Shown: positions 8,842 through 18,564 of the stretch, piece after piece
Position numbering within the stretch: position 1 is the stretch's first letter
How the letters are laid out: every line of letters begins with the position of its first letter
Assembly: GCA_047638675.1 (NCBI GenBank)
Contig: JBLIML010000004.1
Location: 1,360 to 65,359 of the forward strand
Source: Planctomycetota bacterium
Lineage (GTDB): Bacteria > Pseudomonadota > Gammaproteobacteria > Eutrophobiales > Eutrophobiaceae
Direction of reading: 5' to 3'
DNA length: 64,000 nt
The notes under the pieces: model-generated
Databases searched by the model: none
What the model saw: the letters and a program-made list of their open reading frames with translations, nothing else
Told to the model about the DNA's origin: nothing
Program-made: the position numbers and the translations under genes

Positions 8842-10671
8842 TTATTTGGAAAGCGACAGACGCTCGAGAGTAGCCGTTAATGGCACACCGTTCTCATCCC
8901 AACCTCGCAATTTATAATAGTCAGGCAACATTTCATCTAGACGACATACCAGTCCTTTTGCTGACCCGCTAGTTGCCGGTTCATTAAGAATTCTGGGAGG
9001 CAAAGAATCGTCCTTAATGGTGAGATGGGCGATCAGGTTAAATTGCTTCTCCAGATTCCATATGCGTTCGCCGGTTTCCAGCAAACGTTCTAGATCCCAA
9101 TTGCCTTCACATGCCATGTTAATTTGCCCGGCGAAAAGCTCCTCTGACATTCCTGCGTCCCCGGGGAAAAGGCATAAGCCGCTGGAGTCAACAGCGGCGA
9201 TATAATCTTGAGAGTCTTTTACCACCTGCGCTTTGTTATCAGGTTCTGTTGTTTCGAAATCATCTTCGTAGGGACTGGCGCGTAAGTGACAGGCGCCGCG
9301 ATTACTGGTCGCATAGGCCAGACCCATGCCCTGCATACTGCGCCCATCATAGGCCGCGAATTCCTGGCCTTTTACTGACATGGAAAGTTCAGGGTGCCCG
9401 TATTTTTCACACAGTCGGCGAGATCCCTTACCAATATCGATACCAAATCCTTCTGCCCTGGCAGTCGCTTCTGTCATCGCACATAAGGCTTCGGCAGAAC
9501 CAAAATTCAGTTCAATACCACCTGTATCTTTTACAGTTATAGCACCAATGTCATATAATTCCATTGCCGCCGCGATAGAACCGCCGAGTGAAATCGGATC
9601 CATTCCATACTCGTTACACAGAAAACCGCAGTAAGTTGCCGCATCTATATCCGCAACGCCCACCGCCGAGCCAAGTGCAAAGGCAGTTTCGTACTCAAGC
9701 CCACCTGAGGCACCATGGTATTGCGGTTTGTCTTTTACGGAAAAGTGTTCAGGGTCTATGTGACATATACGCCCACATGCAATAGTGCAGCCGAAGCAGG
9801 CACTGTTTGTTATCAGGTTCGTATGCTCGTGCGCATTCGGAGAGTGCATCGCTTCAACATTTATTTTATCTGCGCCCTCAAACTGGACTTCTCGAAAATT
9901 ACGCGTGGGTAGTGTGCCAAAGGTGTTGGTGATATCCATCATTGAAAGCGTTCCTTCGCGAGTTAAGGCGGCTCGATCGTCACTTTTCTGCATAACAGCT
10001 TTGACTTCATTCGTTATTCGCATAAACCCGGCTGGGTCTGAAACAGTGACACCTCGATAACCTCTTACCGCGATCGCTTTCAGGTTTTTTGATCCCATTA
10101 CGGCTCCCACACCCGAACGTCCGGCTGCCCTGTGCATATCGTTGACGATGCAGGCAAAGCGGCAGGTATTCTCACCGGCAGGTCCGATGGAGGCGATGCG
10201 AATCAGTGGGTCCTGGTGAATGGTTTTAATAAGGGGCTCTGTTGCCCACACTGTTTTTCCCCAGAGGTGATCAGCAGCTAATAACTCCACATGATCGTTT
10301 TCGATATAGAGATAAACAGGGTTAAGCGCTTTTCCTTCGATGATGACCAGGTCGTAGCCGGCCATTTTTAATTCTGCGCCAAATTGGCCGCCGGAGTTTG
10401 AGCAGGCGATGGCTCCTGTTAGCGCACCTTTTGTAATAACAGAATAACGGCCGCCCGTTGATGCCATTGTCCCGGTCAGGGGACCCGTAGCGAAGATAAG
10501 TTTGTTCTCTGCTGACAAAGGATCGACGGCGGGATCGATTTCTTCAAATAGATATTTTGTCCCCAGACCCCTTTGGCCCAGATAGGACATTGCCCACTCC
10601 ATATTGAGTGGCTCGGTAACACATTCGAGGGAGGCGAGATTAACTCGCAGTAATTGACGTTGCCAGGCCAT
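8842..10671 (-). CDS. Aldehyde:ferredoxin oxidoreductase (AOR family, tungsten/molybdopterin plus 4Fe-4S)
   Basis: 609 aa. AOR N-domain (LLRVNL..., GQRGLGTKYL, GRSGVGAVMGSKNLKAIAVRG). CxxCxxxC cluster motif (CFGCTIAC) plus the distal Cys in DSSGLCLF. Confidence 0.88.
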   Translation of the reverse strand: MAWQRQLLRVNLASLECVTEPLNMEWAMSYLGQRGLGTKYLFEEIDPAVDPLSAENKLIFATGPLTGTMASTGGRYSVITKGALTGAIACSNSGGQFGAELKMAGYDLVIIEGKALNPVYLYIENDHVELLAADHLWGKTVWATEPLIKTIHQDPLIRIASIGPAGENTCRFACIVNDMHRAAGRSGVGAVMGSKNLKAIAVRGYRGVTVSDPAGFMRITNEVKAVMQKSDDRAALTREGTLSMMDITNTFGTLPTRNFREVQFEGADKINVEAMHSPNAHEHTNLITNSACFGCTIACGRICHIDPEHFSVKDKPQYHGASGGLEYETAFALGSAVGVADIDAATYCGFLCNEYGMDPISLGGSIAAAMELYDIGAITVKDTGGIELNFGSAEALCAMTEATARAEGFGIDIGKGSRRLCEKYGHPELSMSVKGQEFAAYDGRSMQGMGLAYATSNRGACHLRASPYEDDFETTEPDNKAQVVKDSQDYIAAVDSSGLCLFPGDAGMSEELFAGQINMACEGNWDLERLLETGERIWNLEKQFNLIAHLTIKDDSLPPRILNEPATSGSAKGLVCRLDEMLPDYYKLRGWDENGVPLTATLERLSLSK

Positions 10672-10685
10672 ATAGTCGTAGGAGA

Positions 10686-12071
10686 TTAATTACTTTGAGA
10701 AATGCCGAGTTCCTTCGCTGTCAAATCAAGACATTTATGAGCAAGCTCAATCAATTCATCTATATTTTCTTTTGTCATGGTCAGTGGCGGTGAAATGATC
10801 ATGGTCTCTCCAACAGCTCTCATTACCAGGCCATTATCGAAGCAAAAATCACGACACATCTGTCCTACATTATCAGCGGATTCAAAAAATTCGCGACTGG
10901 CCTTATCCTTTACTATCTCAAGAGCACCAATAAAACCAATGCCTCTTGCCTCACCAACCAGGGGATGATCTGCCAATTCCTTCCAGCGTTTTTGTAAGTA
11001 GGGGCCTGTATTTTTTGCTACATTTTCAATGATTTTTTCATCGCGCAAGATATTGACGTTGGCGAGCGCGACAGCGCAGGCTGCGGGATGACCGGAGTAG
11101 GTAAAACCATGGGCGAACTCTTCCCCTTCAGATATGAGCAAATCCGCAACGCGATCGCCGACCATGACGCCGCCAATGGGCAGGTAACCCGATGAGAGAC
11201 CTTTGGCGATGGGAGTAAGATCGGGTTTTATTTGAAAGTAATCCGATCCAAACCAGGTGCCGAGTCGACCAAAGCCGCAGATAACTTCATCTGCTATTAG
11301 TAAAATGTCGTACTCGTTACAGATGCGTTGTATTTCCGGCCAATAGGTATCAGGAGGAATGATGACGCCACCAGCCCCCTGGACAGGCTCGGCTATAAAG
11401 GCCGCGACCTGGTCTGCGCCGAGGCTAAGAATTTTTTCTTCGAGTAAACGTGCGGTTTTAAGTCCGAATTCCTCCGGCGATAAATCACCGCCATCACGAT
11501 ACCAGTAGGGAGGCGCGATATGTGTGATCCCGGGAATGGGCAAGTGCCCCTGTTCATGAACGGCCTTAAATCCACCCAGGCTGGCAGCGGCGATCGTACT
11601 GCCGTGATAAGCATCAAAACGACTGATGATCATTTTTCTATCAGGCTTGCCCGCGAGATCCCAGTAACGTCGCACTAATCTGATTACCGTATCATTTGCT
11701 TCCGATCCGGAATTTGTGAAAAAAACGCGATTCAAATGCGGGGGAGTCACCTCGGTGAGCAGCTTTGATAGTTCAATGGCAGGTGGGTGCGATGACTGAA
11801 AAAAACTATTGTAAAAAGGCAATTCAAGAAGTTGTTTATAGGCCGCATCAGCAAGTTCTTTTCTGCCATAACCAATATTCACGCACCACAAACCAGCCAT
11901 GGCATCGAGCAGCCGTTTACCCTCAGAGTCCCATATGTAAACGCCATCGGCACGCGTGATTACCCGACAGCCTTTTTCCCCCAAAGCTCTGGTGTCTGTA
12001 AAAGGGTGTAAATGATGATCACGGTCAAATGCCTGCCAACTTGCTGTATCTTTTGCCGTCGCGGTATTCAT
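10686..12071 (-). CDS. spuC: Putrescine-pyruvate aminotransferase (class III PLP)
   Basis: Near full-length collinearity with P. aeruginosa SpuC: GLWCVNIGYGR, SGSEANDT, AFIAEPVQGAGGVIIPPDTYWPEI, ADEVICGFGRLG, GFTYSGHP. Confidence 0.9.
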   Translation of the reverse strand: MNTATAKDTASWQAFDRDHHLHPFTDTRALGEKGCRVITRADGVYIWDSEGKRLLDAMAGLWCVNIGYGRKELADAAYKQLLELPFYNSFFQSSHPPAIELSKLLTEVTPPHLNRVFFTNSGSEANDTVIRLVRRYWDLAGKPDRKMIISRFDAYHGSTIAAASLGGFKAVHEQGHLPIPGITHIAPPYWYRDGGDLSPEEFGLKTARLLEEKILSLGADQVAAFIAEPVQGAGGVIIPPDTYWPEIQRICNEYDILLIADEVICGFGRLGTWFGSDYFQIKPDLTPIAKGLSSGYLPIGGVMVGDRVADLLISEGEEFAHGFTYSGHPAACAVALANVNILRDEKIIENVAKNTGPYLQKRWKELADHPLVGEARGIGFIGALEIVKDKASREFFESADNVGQMCRDFCFDNGLVMRAVGETMIISPPLTMTKENIDELIELAHKCLDLTAKELGISQSN

Positions 12072-12076
12072 GAGCC

Positions 12077-13411
12077 TTATACCTTCAATAATAAATGTTC
12101 ACGTTCCCATGAACTAATCACCTGGGAAAATGTTTCATATTCTAACTCCCTTACTGCCGTGTAGAGTTTGACGAACTTGTCACCGAGGATATTTCGAAGT
12201 GGTTTACAATTTAGAAGAAGGTCAATTGACGAGTGCAGATCTCTCGGCAGTGAAATATCATTTTCATAAGCGCTGCCCTCAAGCGGTTTCGTGGGCACCA
12301 GTTTCTCCTGCATCCCCAGATATCCGGACGCCAACGATGCCGCTATTGCAAGGTAGGGGTTAGTATCGGCACCCGCTATCCTGTTTTCGACGCGTGTATT
12401 CTCGGCAGTTGATATTGGAATACGCAGGCCGACGGTTCGATTATCAAATGCCCAATCTACATTAATAGGTGCCGAATTGTGTGGGGCGATGCGCCTGTAA
12501 GAATTAACATTAGGCGCAAATATCGACATGGCTGCCGGGATATAGGTTTGCTGACCGGCAATGTAATTTCTAAAAACGTTATTGGGCTTACCTGACTTAT
12601 TGATAAAAATATTTTTACCTGTTTTCCGACTGACAATACTTTGGTGTAAATGCGTTGAGCTGCCGGGTTCATCTTGATGTGGCTTGGCCATAAAAGTTGC
12701 ATACATGCCATGTTTGAAAGCGGCTTCACGAACAGTTCGCTTAAATATGAACACCTGATCCGCGAGATTCAGGGCATCACCATGTTTAAAGTTAACTTCG
12801 AGCTGAGCAATGCCATCTTCGTGAGAGAGTGTTTCGAGATCAAGTCCCTGTATTTCAGAGAAACCATAAATATCTTCAACAACACCTTCAAATTCATTCA
12901 GCGCATCGAGACTAAGGGTTTGTCTCGATTTTTCCTGTCGCCCGGATCGACCCACAGGTGGTTCGAGTGGCTGGTTTGCGTCTGTATTAACTTTGACCAG
13001 GTAGAATTCAATTTCAGGTGCAATGACGGGTCTCCATCCTTTTCTTTTATATAATTCCAGCACATGTTTTAGCACATAACGGGGAGCAGTTTGGATGGGG
13101 CTTCCATCAAGACTATAACAATTATGGATAATTTGAGCCGTGGGTTCCGAGGCCCAGGGGACTTTGCGAAGTGATTCGAGGACGGGTCTGGCTTCCATAT
13201 CAATGTCAGTAGGGTTTATGTCATCGACGTAATCTGTGTATTCACCACTAATTGTTTGTGTGAACATAGCTTCCGGAATACGGACACCGTTATCTTCCAG
13301 GTAGCGATCCGCGGGCACAATTTTTCCTCGCGCAGTTCCGGCGAAATCGGGAATTATCGCTTCCACTTCTTCAATTCGGTTTTCTTCAAACCACTGTTTG
13401 ATAAGAGTCAT
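12077..13411 (-). CDS. Glutamine synthetase-family gamma-glutamylpolyamine synthetase (SpuB/PauA/PuuA-like)
   Basis: 444 aa GS catalytic-domain protein (NVNSYRRIAP, VENRIAGADTNPYL). Lies immediately upstream of spuC, as in the Pseudomonas spu cluster. Confidence 0.82.
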   Translation of the reverse strand: MTLIKQWFEENRIEEVEAIIPDFAGTARGKIVPADRYLEDNGVRIPEAMFTQTISGEYTDYVDDINPTDIDMEARPVLESLRKVPWASEPTAQIIHNCYSLDGSPIQTAPRYVLKHVLELYKRKGWRPVIAPEIEFYLVKVNTDANQPLEPPVGRSGRQEKSRQTLSLDALNEFEGVVEDIYGFSEIQGLDLETLSHEDGIAQLEVNFKHGDALNLADQVFIFKRTVREAAFKHGMYATFMAKPHQDEPGSSTHLHQSIVSRKTGKNIFINKSGKPNNVFRNYIAGQQTYIPAAMSIFAPNVNSYRRIAPHNSAPINVDWAFDNRTVGLRIPISTAENTRVENRIAGADTNPYLAIAASLASGYLGMQEKLVPTKPLEGSAYENDISLPRDLHSSIDLLLNCKPLRNILGDKFVKLYTAVRELEYETFSQVISSWEREHLLLKV

Positions 13412-13702
13412 TTTCTTTGGCTACTATTGGTGATAAATATTTTTCTTAGTCCACAATTTTGAAAATTCATTGGATTAAGCGTGTATTAAAGCTAGTGATA
13501 ATAGCGACAGCCCAAGGAGCAGGAAGTTGCCTGAAAGCTTTAAAGGTAATGTCGAAAGGTCAAAACTGCTTCACAGTAAAGCATCGTCCAGCCCTTGTGC
13601 TAATAATTTAAGCGCCAGGGTGCTGTGGAGCTGTTAAGCCTTCGGTACTCCAGTATCTTAATTCAAGTGTTGTGTAAAACACAAGCGCTAAGGGACAGAA
13701 TT

Positions 13703-13722
13703 ATGAATGAGGGTTCATTCAT
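13703..13722. promoter_or_regulatory. Palindrome ATGAATGA-N4-TCATTCAT, a putative second site for the TetR regulator encoded at 19733-20374
   Basis: 8-4-8 inverted repeat sharing the 16-nt core and spacing of the perfect palindrome at 20453-20480. Lies in the divergent intergenic region between the GS-like/spuC operon and the hydroxylase gene. Confidence 0.5.
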
Positions 13723-13912
13723 TAATAATTATTAACTAATTGATATAAATATAAAATATATTATTACCTTATGTCTCTATTTCTTTAAAAATCATCAGAA
13801 AATTAAAATTTGAAGTTGTATATGCACAACGAATACGATATTAATCCGCCATTACTGGAGAATTTTAGTATCCTCCCATTTTTCACGACAAGTTCTCATT
13901 GGTGCTTACGTA

Positions 13913-14479
13913 ATGGATATAGCTGAACCGTTAAAGATACTGGGTAAGGTTGACATCGCCGAACTGCAAAGCCGGATCCTCTCTCTGGATGATGAGGCCT
14001 GGCTTGAGCAGGACTATCGACAAAAAGAATATGATGTACACCGTTACACGGAATCGGTGGTTCTCATATTTACCGATGGCTCTGGTTGGCCAGATATAGA
14101 AGTGAGCAAGCAGCCCGGTTGGGACAAGTTGGCCGATGTCGCCGTGCCGGTTATGCACAATATAGTGGAAAACTTTTATCCCGCTGGCGGTACTATCATC
14201 CGCGCAATGGCGGCCAAACTGCTTCCTGATGGAAAAATAAAACCACACCGGGATTCACATCCTTCCTTTCACCATGGCCACAGAATTCATGTTCCAATCA
14301 CAACAAATTCCAGAGTAAGGTTCATGATAGACGGGCGACCCTATAAATTTGAAGTGGGTCAGGCCTATGAAATAAATAATCAAAAAACGCACAGTGTGAT
14401 GAATAAGGGAAAAGAAGGGAGAATTACCTTTATTTTTGACTATGTCCCACCCAACTTAATTGATCGCTCTGGCCAATAA
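13913..14479 (+). CDS. Aspartyl/asparaginyl beta-hydroxylase-family (cupin, 2-OG/Fe) protein
   Basis: 188 aa. KPHRDSHPSFHHGHRIHVPI and EINNQKTHSVMN fit the His/Asp...His facial triad of this family. Confidence 0.65.
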   Translation: MDIAEPLKILGKVDIAELQSRILSLDDEAWLEQDYRQKEYDVHRYTESVVLIFTDGSGWPDIEVSKQPGWDKLADVAVPVMHNIVENFYPAGGTIIRAMAAKLLPDGKIKPHRDSHPSFHHGHRIHVPITTNSRVRFMIDGRPYKFEVGQAYEINNQKTHSVMNKGKEGRITFIFDYVPPNLIDRSGQ

Positions 14480-14528
14480 GTAAATCCACATTTAGCATGA
14501 ATGGTGTATTGATGCAGTTCATTGAAAT

Positions 14529-15371
14529 CTAGGATCCGGCTCTAACAATAAGTTGCTCGTCTGTTTTTCGTTGTTTTTCCTGTCGTATCAATAGCCAACC
14601 TGCAAGCGCGACGCCAATGCTTACGATAGTAATAATGAGAGTGGCCAGGGCGTTTATGTCCGGTGTTACGCCGAGTCGGATCTTGGAATAGATCCACATT
14701 GGTAGCGTACTGGCGCCCGGTCCGGAAACGAAGCTGGCAATAATAAGATCATCGAGAGACAGGGTGAACGCCAGTAGCCAGCCGGATAACATTGCGGGAA
14801 AGATCAAAGGTAAGGTAATGTCCAGCGTTACGCGAAACGGTCTGCCGCCCAGGTCCATCGCGGCTTCTTCCAGTGACTGATCCATCGAGATTAATCGTGA
14901 TTGGACAATGACAGCGACATAAGCCATTGAGAAAGTGATGTGTCCAATCATGATGGTGGTTGCGCCTCGTTCACCGGGCCAACCCGTTAAATCCTGCATA
15001 GTGACAAACAACAAAAGCAAAGATAGCCCTGTGATAACTTCCGGCATCGCCAACGGTGCTGCAATCATCCCGGTAAAAAGCAATCTGCCACGGAAACGGC
15101 CCATTCGAGTCAGCGCAAGGCCCGCCAGTGTCCCCATAAGGGTAGCAAAGGTAGCGCTAATAAGGGCGATACGAAGACTGAGTAAAGTCGCTTCGATTAT
15201 TTGTCTGTTTTCCAATAAAGCCAGGTACCAACGAAATGAAAAGCCGCCCCACACAGATACAATTCTTGAATCATTAAAGGAGTAAACCATTACCAGAATA
15301 ATGGGTACATAAAGGAAGGCATAACCAAAGCAAAGCACAGTGATCAAAAAGCTTGATCGCTTGCTATTCAT
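14529..15371 (-). CDS. Polyamine-type ABC transporter permease (PotI/PotC-like)
   Basis: Multi-TM permease. The likely start, ATG at 15371 (MNSKRSS...), overlaps the upstream stop as ATGA. The longer listed ORF (to 15473) would overlap the upstream gene by about 100 nt. Confidence 0.85.
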   Translation of the reverse strand: MNSKRSSFLITVLCFGYAFLYVPIILVMVYSFNDSRIVSVWGGFSFRWYLALLENRQIIEATLLSLRIALISATFATLMGTLAGLALTRMGRFRGRLLFTGMIAAPLAMPEVITGLSLLLLFVTMQDLTGWPGERGATTIMIGHITFSMAYVAVIVQSRLISMDQSLEEAAMDLGGRPFRVTLDITLPLIFPAMLSGWLLAFTLSLDDLIIASFVSGPGASTLPMWIYSKIRLGVTPDINALATLIITIVSIGVALAGWLLIRQEKQRKTDEQLIVRAGS

Positions 15372-16285
15372 GGTGCGTCCTGTGATTCCGGTGCCTGAAA
15401 GTGTTGAAAAAGCATCATTGGCAAGATCAGGATTAGCAAGAGAATAGTGGCAACGGCTGCTGACAATGGCCAATCACGATTACCGAAAAATTCATCGTAA
15501 AGTGTTCGACCAATCATCAGCGAATCCAGTCCGCCCAGTAAAGATGGAATAACAAATTCCCCCAGGGCGGGAATAAATACCAGCAAACTACCGGCGACGA
15601 TGCCGGGCAGGGAAAGTGGCAGCGTGATATCGCGAAAGATAACCAGCGGTTTCGCACCTAGATCAGCGGCGGCGTCATTCAAATCAAAATCCAGTTTTTC
15701 CAGATTAGCGAAAAGTGGCAGGATCATAAAAGGCAAATAAGAGTAAACAATACCCAGATAGACAGCGAAATCGGTATATAGCAGTTTCAGAGGTTGTTCG
15801 ATAAGTCCCAGTGCGATTAAGGAATTATTGATTAAACCGTGGGTGCTCAACATTCCCATCCAGGCATAGACTCTGAGTAAAAACGATGTCCAGAACGGCA
15901 GGATGATCAGGAACAGAAAAATATTGCGCCATACTGAATCTGCCCGAGCTATAGCGTAAGCCATTGGATATCCAATGAGTAAGCAAAGACAGGTCGATAT
16001 AAAGGCAATTTTTAGTGATTTGAAATAGCTTATCCAGTAAAGATCATCCTCCATCAGGAATCGATAGTTATCCAGAGTGAAATGAAAAGAGATGTTTGCG
16101 TTTTCCGAAAACTCAAGCAATGGTGTAAAAGGCGGGAGCGCCACTACAGGGTCAGAAAAACTGATCTTGAAAATAATGGCGAAAGGCATGAGGAAAAAAA
16201 TCAGAAGCCATAAATAGGGTGCCAAAATAACAAAACGTCGCCACAATATATCCAGCGTTCTTTGTTGAGACAAAGGGGCATTCAT
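15368..16285 (-). CDS. Polyamine-type ABC transporter permease (PotH/PotB-like)
   Basis: 305 aa, six hydrophobic spans, EAA-like loop (DLGAKPLVIFRDITLP). 4-nt overlap with the ATPase gene. Confidence 0.85.
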   Translation of the reverse strand: MNAPLSQQRTLDILWRRFVILAPYLWLLIFFLMPFAIIFKISFSDPVVALPPFTPLLEFSENANISFHFTLDNYRFLMEDDLYWISYFKSLKIAFISTCLCLLIGYPMAYAIARADSVWRNIFLFLIILPFWTSFLLRVYAWMGMLSTHGLINNSLIALGLIEQPLKLLYTDFAVYLGIVYSYLPFMILPLFANLEKLDFDLNDAAADLGAKPLVIFRDITLPLSLPGIVAGSLLVFIPALGEFVIPSLLGGLDSLMIGRTLYDEFFGNRDWPLSAAVATILLLILILPMMLFQHFQAPESQDAP

Positions 16286-17421
16286 TCGGTTAGCACGACG
16301 CTGCTTTGCGCATCCCAGGACAGGTAGACTTCTTCATCCCATTCAAGAACACGTTCAGCTGAGCGCACTCTGTTTTGTGCACTAACCTGAACAATTTTAC
16401 CCGAGGCTGTTTTAACCCTGTAAATTGACAAATTACCGTGATAACCCAGATCCCAGACAACACCTTTTATAACGGACAAACCATTTCCCTGTGGTCGATC
16501 TTTATCTATAGTTATTTTTTCTGGTCTGACGGCAATAGTTAGTTCAGAACCCACTACTGTATCAATAGGATTCACGGCCAGTATTGTTGTCCCCGTTTCC
16601 TTACATTTCATTTCCAGTTCTCTGTCATTGAGTTTACTTACAACACCTTCAAACAAGTTTATGCTGCCAAAAAAATCGGCGACATAGCGATTGACAGGAT
16701 ATTCGTAGATTTGCTTTGGTGTGCCAGTTTGTATCACTTTGCCACTATGCATAACCGCTATACGTGAGGAGAGAATCATGGCTTCATCTTGATCATGGGT
16801 CACAACGATAAAAGTTATGCCGATTTGATCCTGAATATTCATCAATTCAAATTGAGTATGCTCACGCAGTTTTTTATCAAGTGCGGCAAGCGGTTCATCC
16901 AGCAATAAAACTTTTGGTTTTTTAATAAGCGCTCTGGCCAGCGCAACGCGTTGTCGCTGTCCCCCAGATAATTGATGAGGCTTACGTTTTGCAAACTCCG
17001 TCATTTGTACCAGTTCGAGCATTTCCTCTACACGGTTTTGTATTTCCTGTTTTCTTACGCCTTCTTTTTTTAGACCATAGGCAACATTTTTCTCAACCGA
17101 CATATGTGGAAATACTGCATAAGACTGAAACATCATGTTCACCGGGCGCTCGTATGGCGGCACGGTAGTCATGTCAACTCCGTCAATAAGGATCCTGCCA
17201 GCGGCAGGTGTTTCGAATCCGGCAAGCATGCGCAATAATGTGGTCTTACCGCAGCCGGATCCACCGAGAATAGCAAAAAATTCATTCTTATAAATATTGA
17301 GATTTACATTATCCACCGCCAGATAACCATCAAAGTCTTTTGAAATATTTTCAATCTGAATGAAGGGCGCTTCATCCGGAGCCTGCCAGACGGGTTTTAG
17401 TTGAGATGTTGCATCAATCAT
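16282..17421 (-). CDS. Polyamine-type ABC transporter ATPase (PotA/PotG-like)
   Basis: Walker A GGSGCGKTT, signature LSGGQRQRVALARAL, Walker B LLLDEP, C-terminal TOBE-like domain. Confidence 0.9.
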   Translation of the reverse strand: MIDATSQLKPVWQAPDEAPFIQIENISKDFDGYLAVDNVNLNIYKNEFFAILGGSGCGKTTLLRMLAGFETPAAGRILIDGVDMTTVPPYERPVNMMFQSYAVFPHMSVEKNVAYGLKKEGVRKQEIQNRVEEMLELVQMTEFAKRKPHQLSGGQRQRVALARALIKKPKVLLLDEPLAALDKKLREHTQFELMNIQDQIGITFIVVTHDQDEAMILSSRIAVMHSGKVIQTGTPKQIYEYPVNRYVADFFGSINLFEGVVSKLNDRELEMKCKETGTTILAVNPIDTVVGSELTIAVRPEKITIDKDRPQGNGLSVIKGVVWDLGYHGNLSIYRVKTASGKIVQVSAQNRVRSAERVLEWDEEVYLSWDAQSSVVLTE

Positions 17422-17440
17422 TTTGAATGGTTAGCTATCT

Positions 17441-18529
17441 TCAAATTCCGGTTTTCATTCGCGTCCATGCCCTCGAACGTGGACGTTCCTTTTTGGGTGA
17501 GAAAACTACCACAGCTTGCAATCTTTTTCTCACGCTTGCATTGGGGTAAATCCCGGGATCGCTCGTGATCTCAATATCTACAAGCGGAGTAGCGGATTTA
17601 TTGCCGTTAGCATAACCGGTAAAATTGGAGATAGCTGCAATAACTTCCGGGCGTAACAAATAGTTTATAAGAAGGAGTGCATTACCTGGGTGTGGGGCAT
17701 CGGCCGGTATAACCAGTGTGTCGAACCAGTTATGCACACCCCTGGAGAACATGGCAAAACCCAGATTAATATCAATGTCAGCTTCTTTAGCCCGTCTTTT
17801 TGCGACGGAGTAATCACCCGACCAGCTCATGGCTGCACAAACTTCCTTATTCGGCATATCAATCAACATTTTTCCCGAACTGAAATATTTTATATAGGGG
17901 CGAATTGCCTTTACTACCTGCTCGGCCTCTTTCAAGTGTTGTGGTTCGATCGAGTTTGCGTGATGACCAAGATAATTCATTACCGAAGGTATCGTATCAA
18001 TCGAACCGTCCAGTAAACTGACGCCACAATCGCTTATGCGGGACAGAATTTTCGGATCGAAAAAAAAGTCAGCAGTCTCCAATGATACTTCGGGGATACG
18101 TTCCTTTAGCAAGTCAATGTTGAAGGCGACGCCGGTTGTTCCCCACATATAAGGTGCTGCATGTCGATTGTCCGGATCGAAGGCAGATAGCTTATTCAAA
18201 AGCTCGGGATCAAGGTGATGCCAGTTAGAGAGTTTGCTCCGGTCCAGTGTCTGATAAATACCTGCAGTAATTAGTCTTGCGGAAAATGATGCTGAATGGA
18301 GAACAAGATCATAGCCACTTTTACCTGCCAGCAATTTGGCATCTACAATGTCGGTCGTATCGTAAATATCGTAATTGACCTTGATACCGTATTCTTTCTC
18401 AAAATTGCTCAGGGTATCTGGTCCGATATAATCTGCCCAGTTGTAAAAATTAACAATTTTTTCTTCTCCTGCATACAAATTCTGTAGCAGAAAAAAAGTC
18501 GCCAGTAGAATAAATAGATTTCTAATCAT
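17441..18529 (-). CDS. Periplasmic substrate-binding protein, PotF/PotD family
   Basis: 362 aa. Signal peptide MIRNLFILLATFFLLQNLYA. PotF-like N-terminus (NFYNWADYIGPDTL..FEKEYGIKV). Confidence 0.85.
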   Translation of the reverse strand: MIRNLFILLATFFLLQNLYAGEEKIVNFYNWADYIGPDTLSNFEKEYGIKVNYDIYDTTDIVDAKLLAGKSGYDLVLHSASFSARLITAGIYQTLDRSKLSNWHHLDPELLNKLSAFDPDNRHAAPYMWGTTGVAFNIDLLKERIPEVSLETADFFFDPKILSRISDCGVSLLDGSIDTIPSVMNYLGHHANSIEPQHLKEAEQVVKAIRPYIKYFSSGKMLIDMPNKEVCAAMSWSGDYSVAKRRAKEADIDINLGFAMFSRGVHNWFDTLVIPADAPHPGNALLLINYLLRPEVIAAISNFTGYANGNKSATPLVDIEITSDPGIYPNASVRKRLQAVVVFSPKKERPRSRAWTRMKTGI

Positions 18530-18564
18530 TATTAACCTGGCTTTGTAAGCCAGAGATAGTCTGT

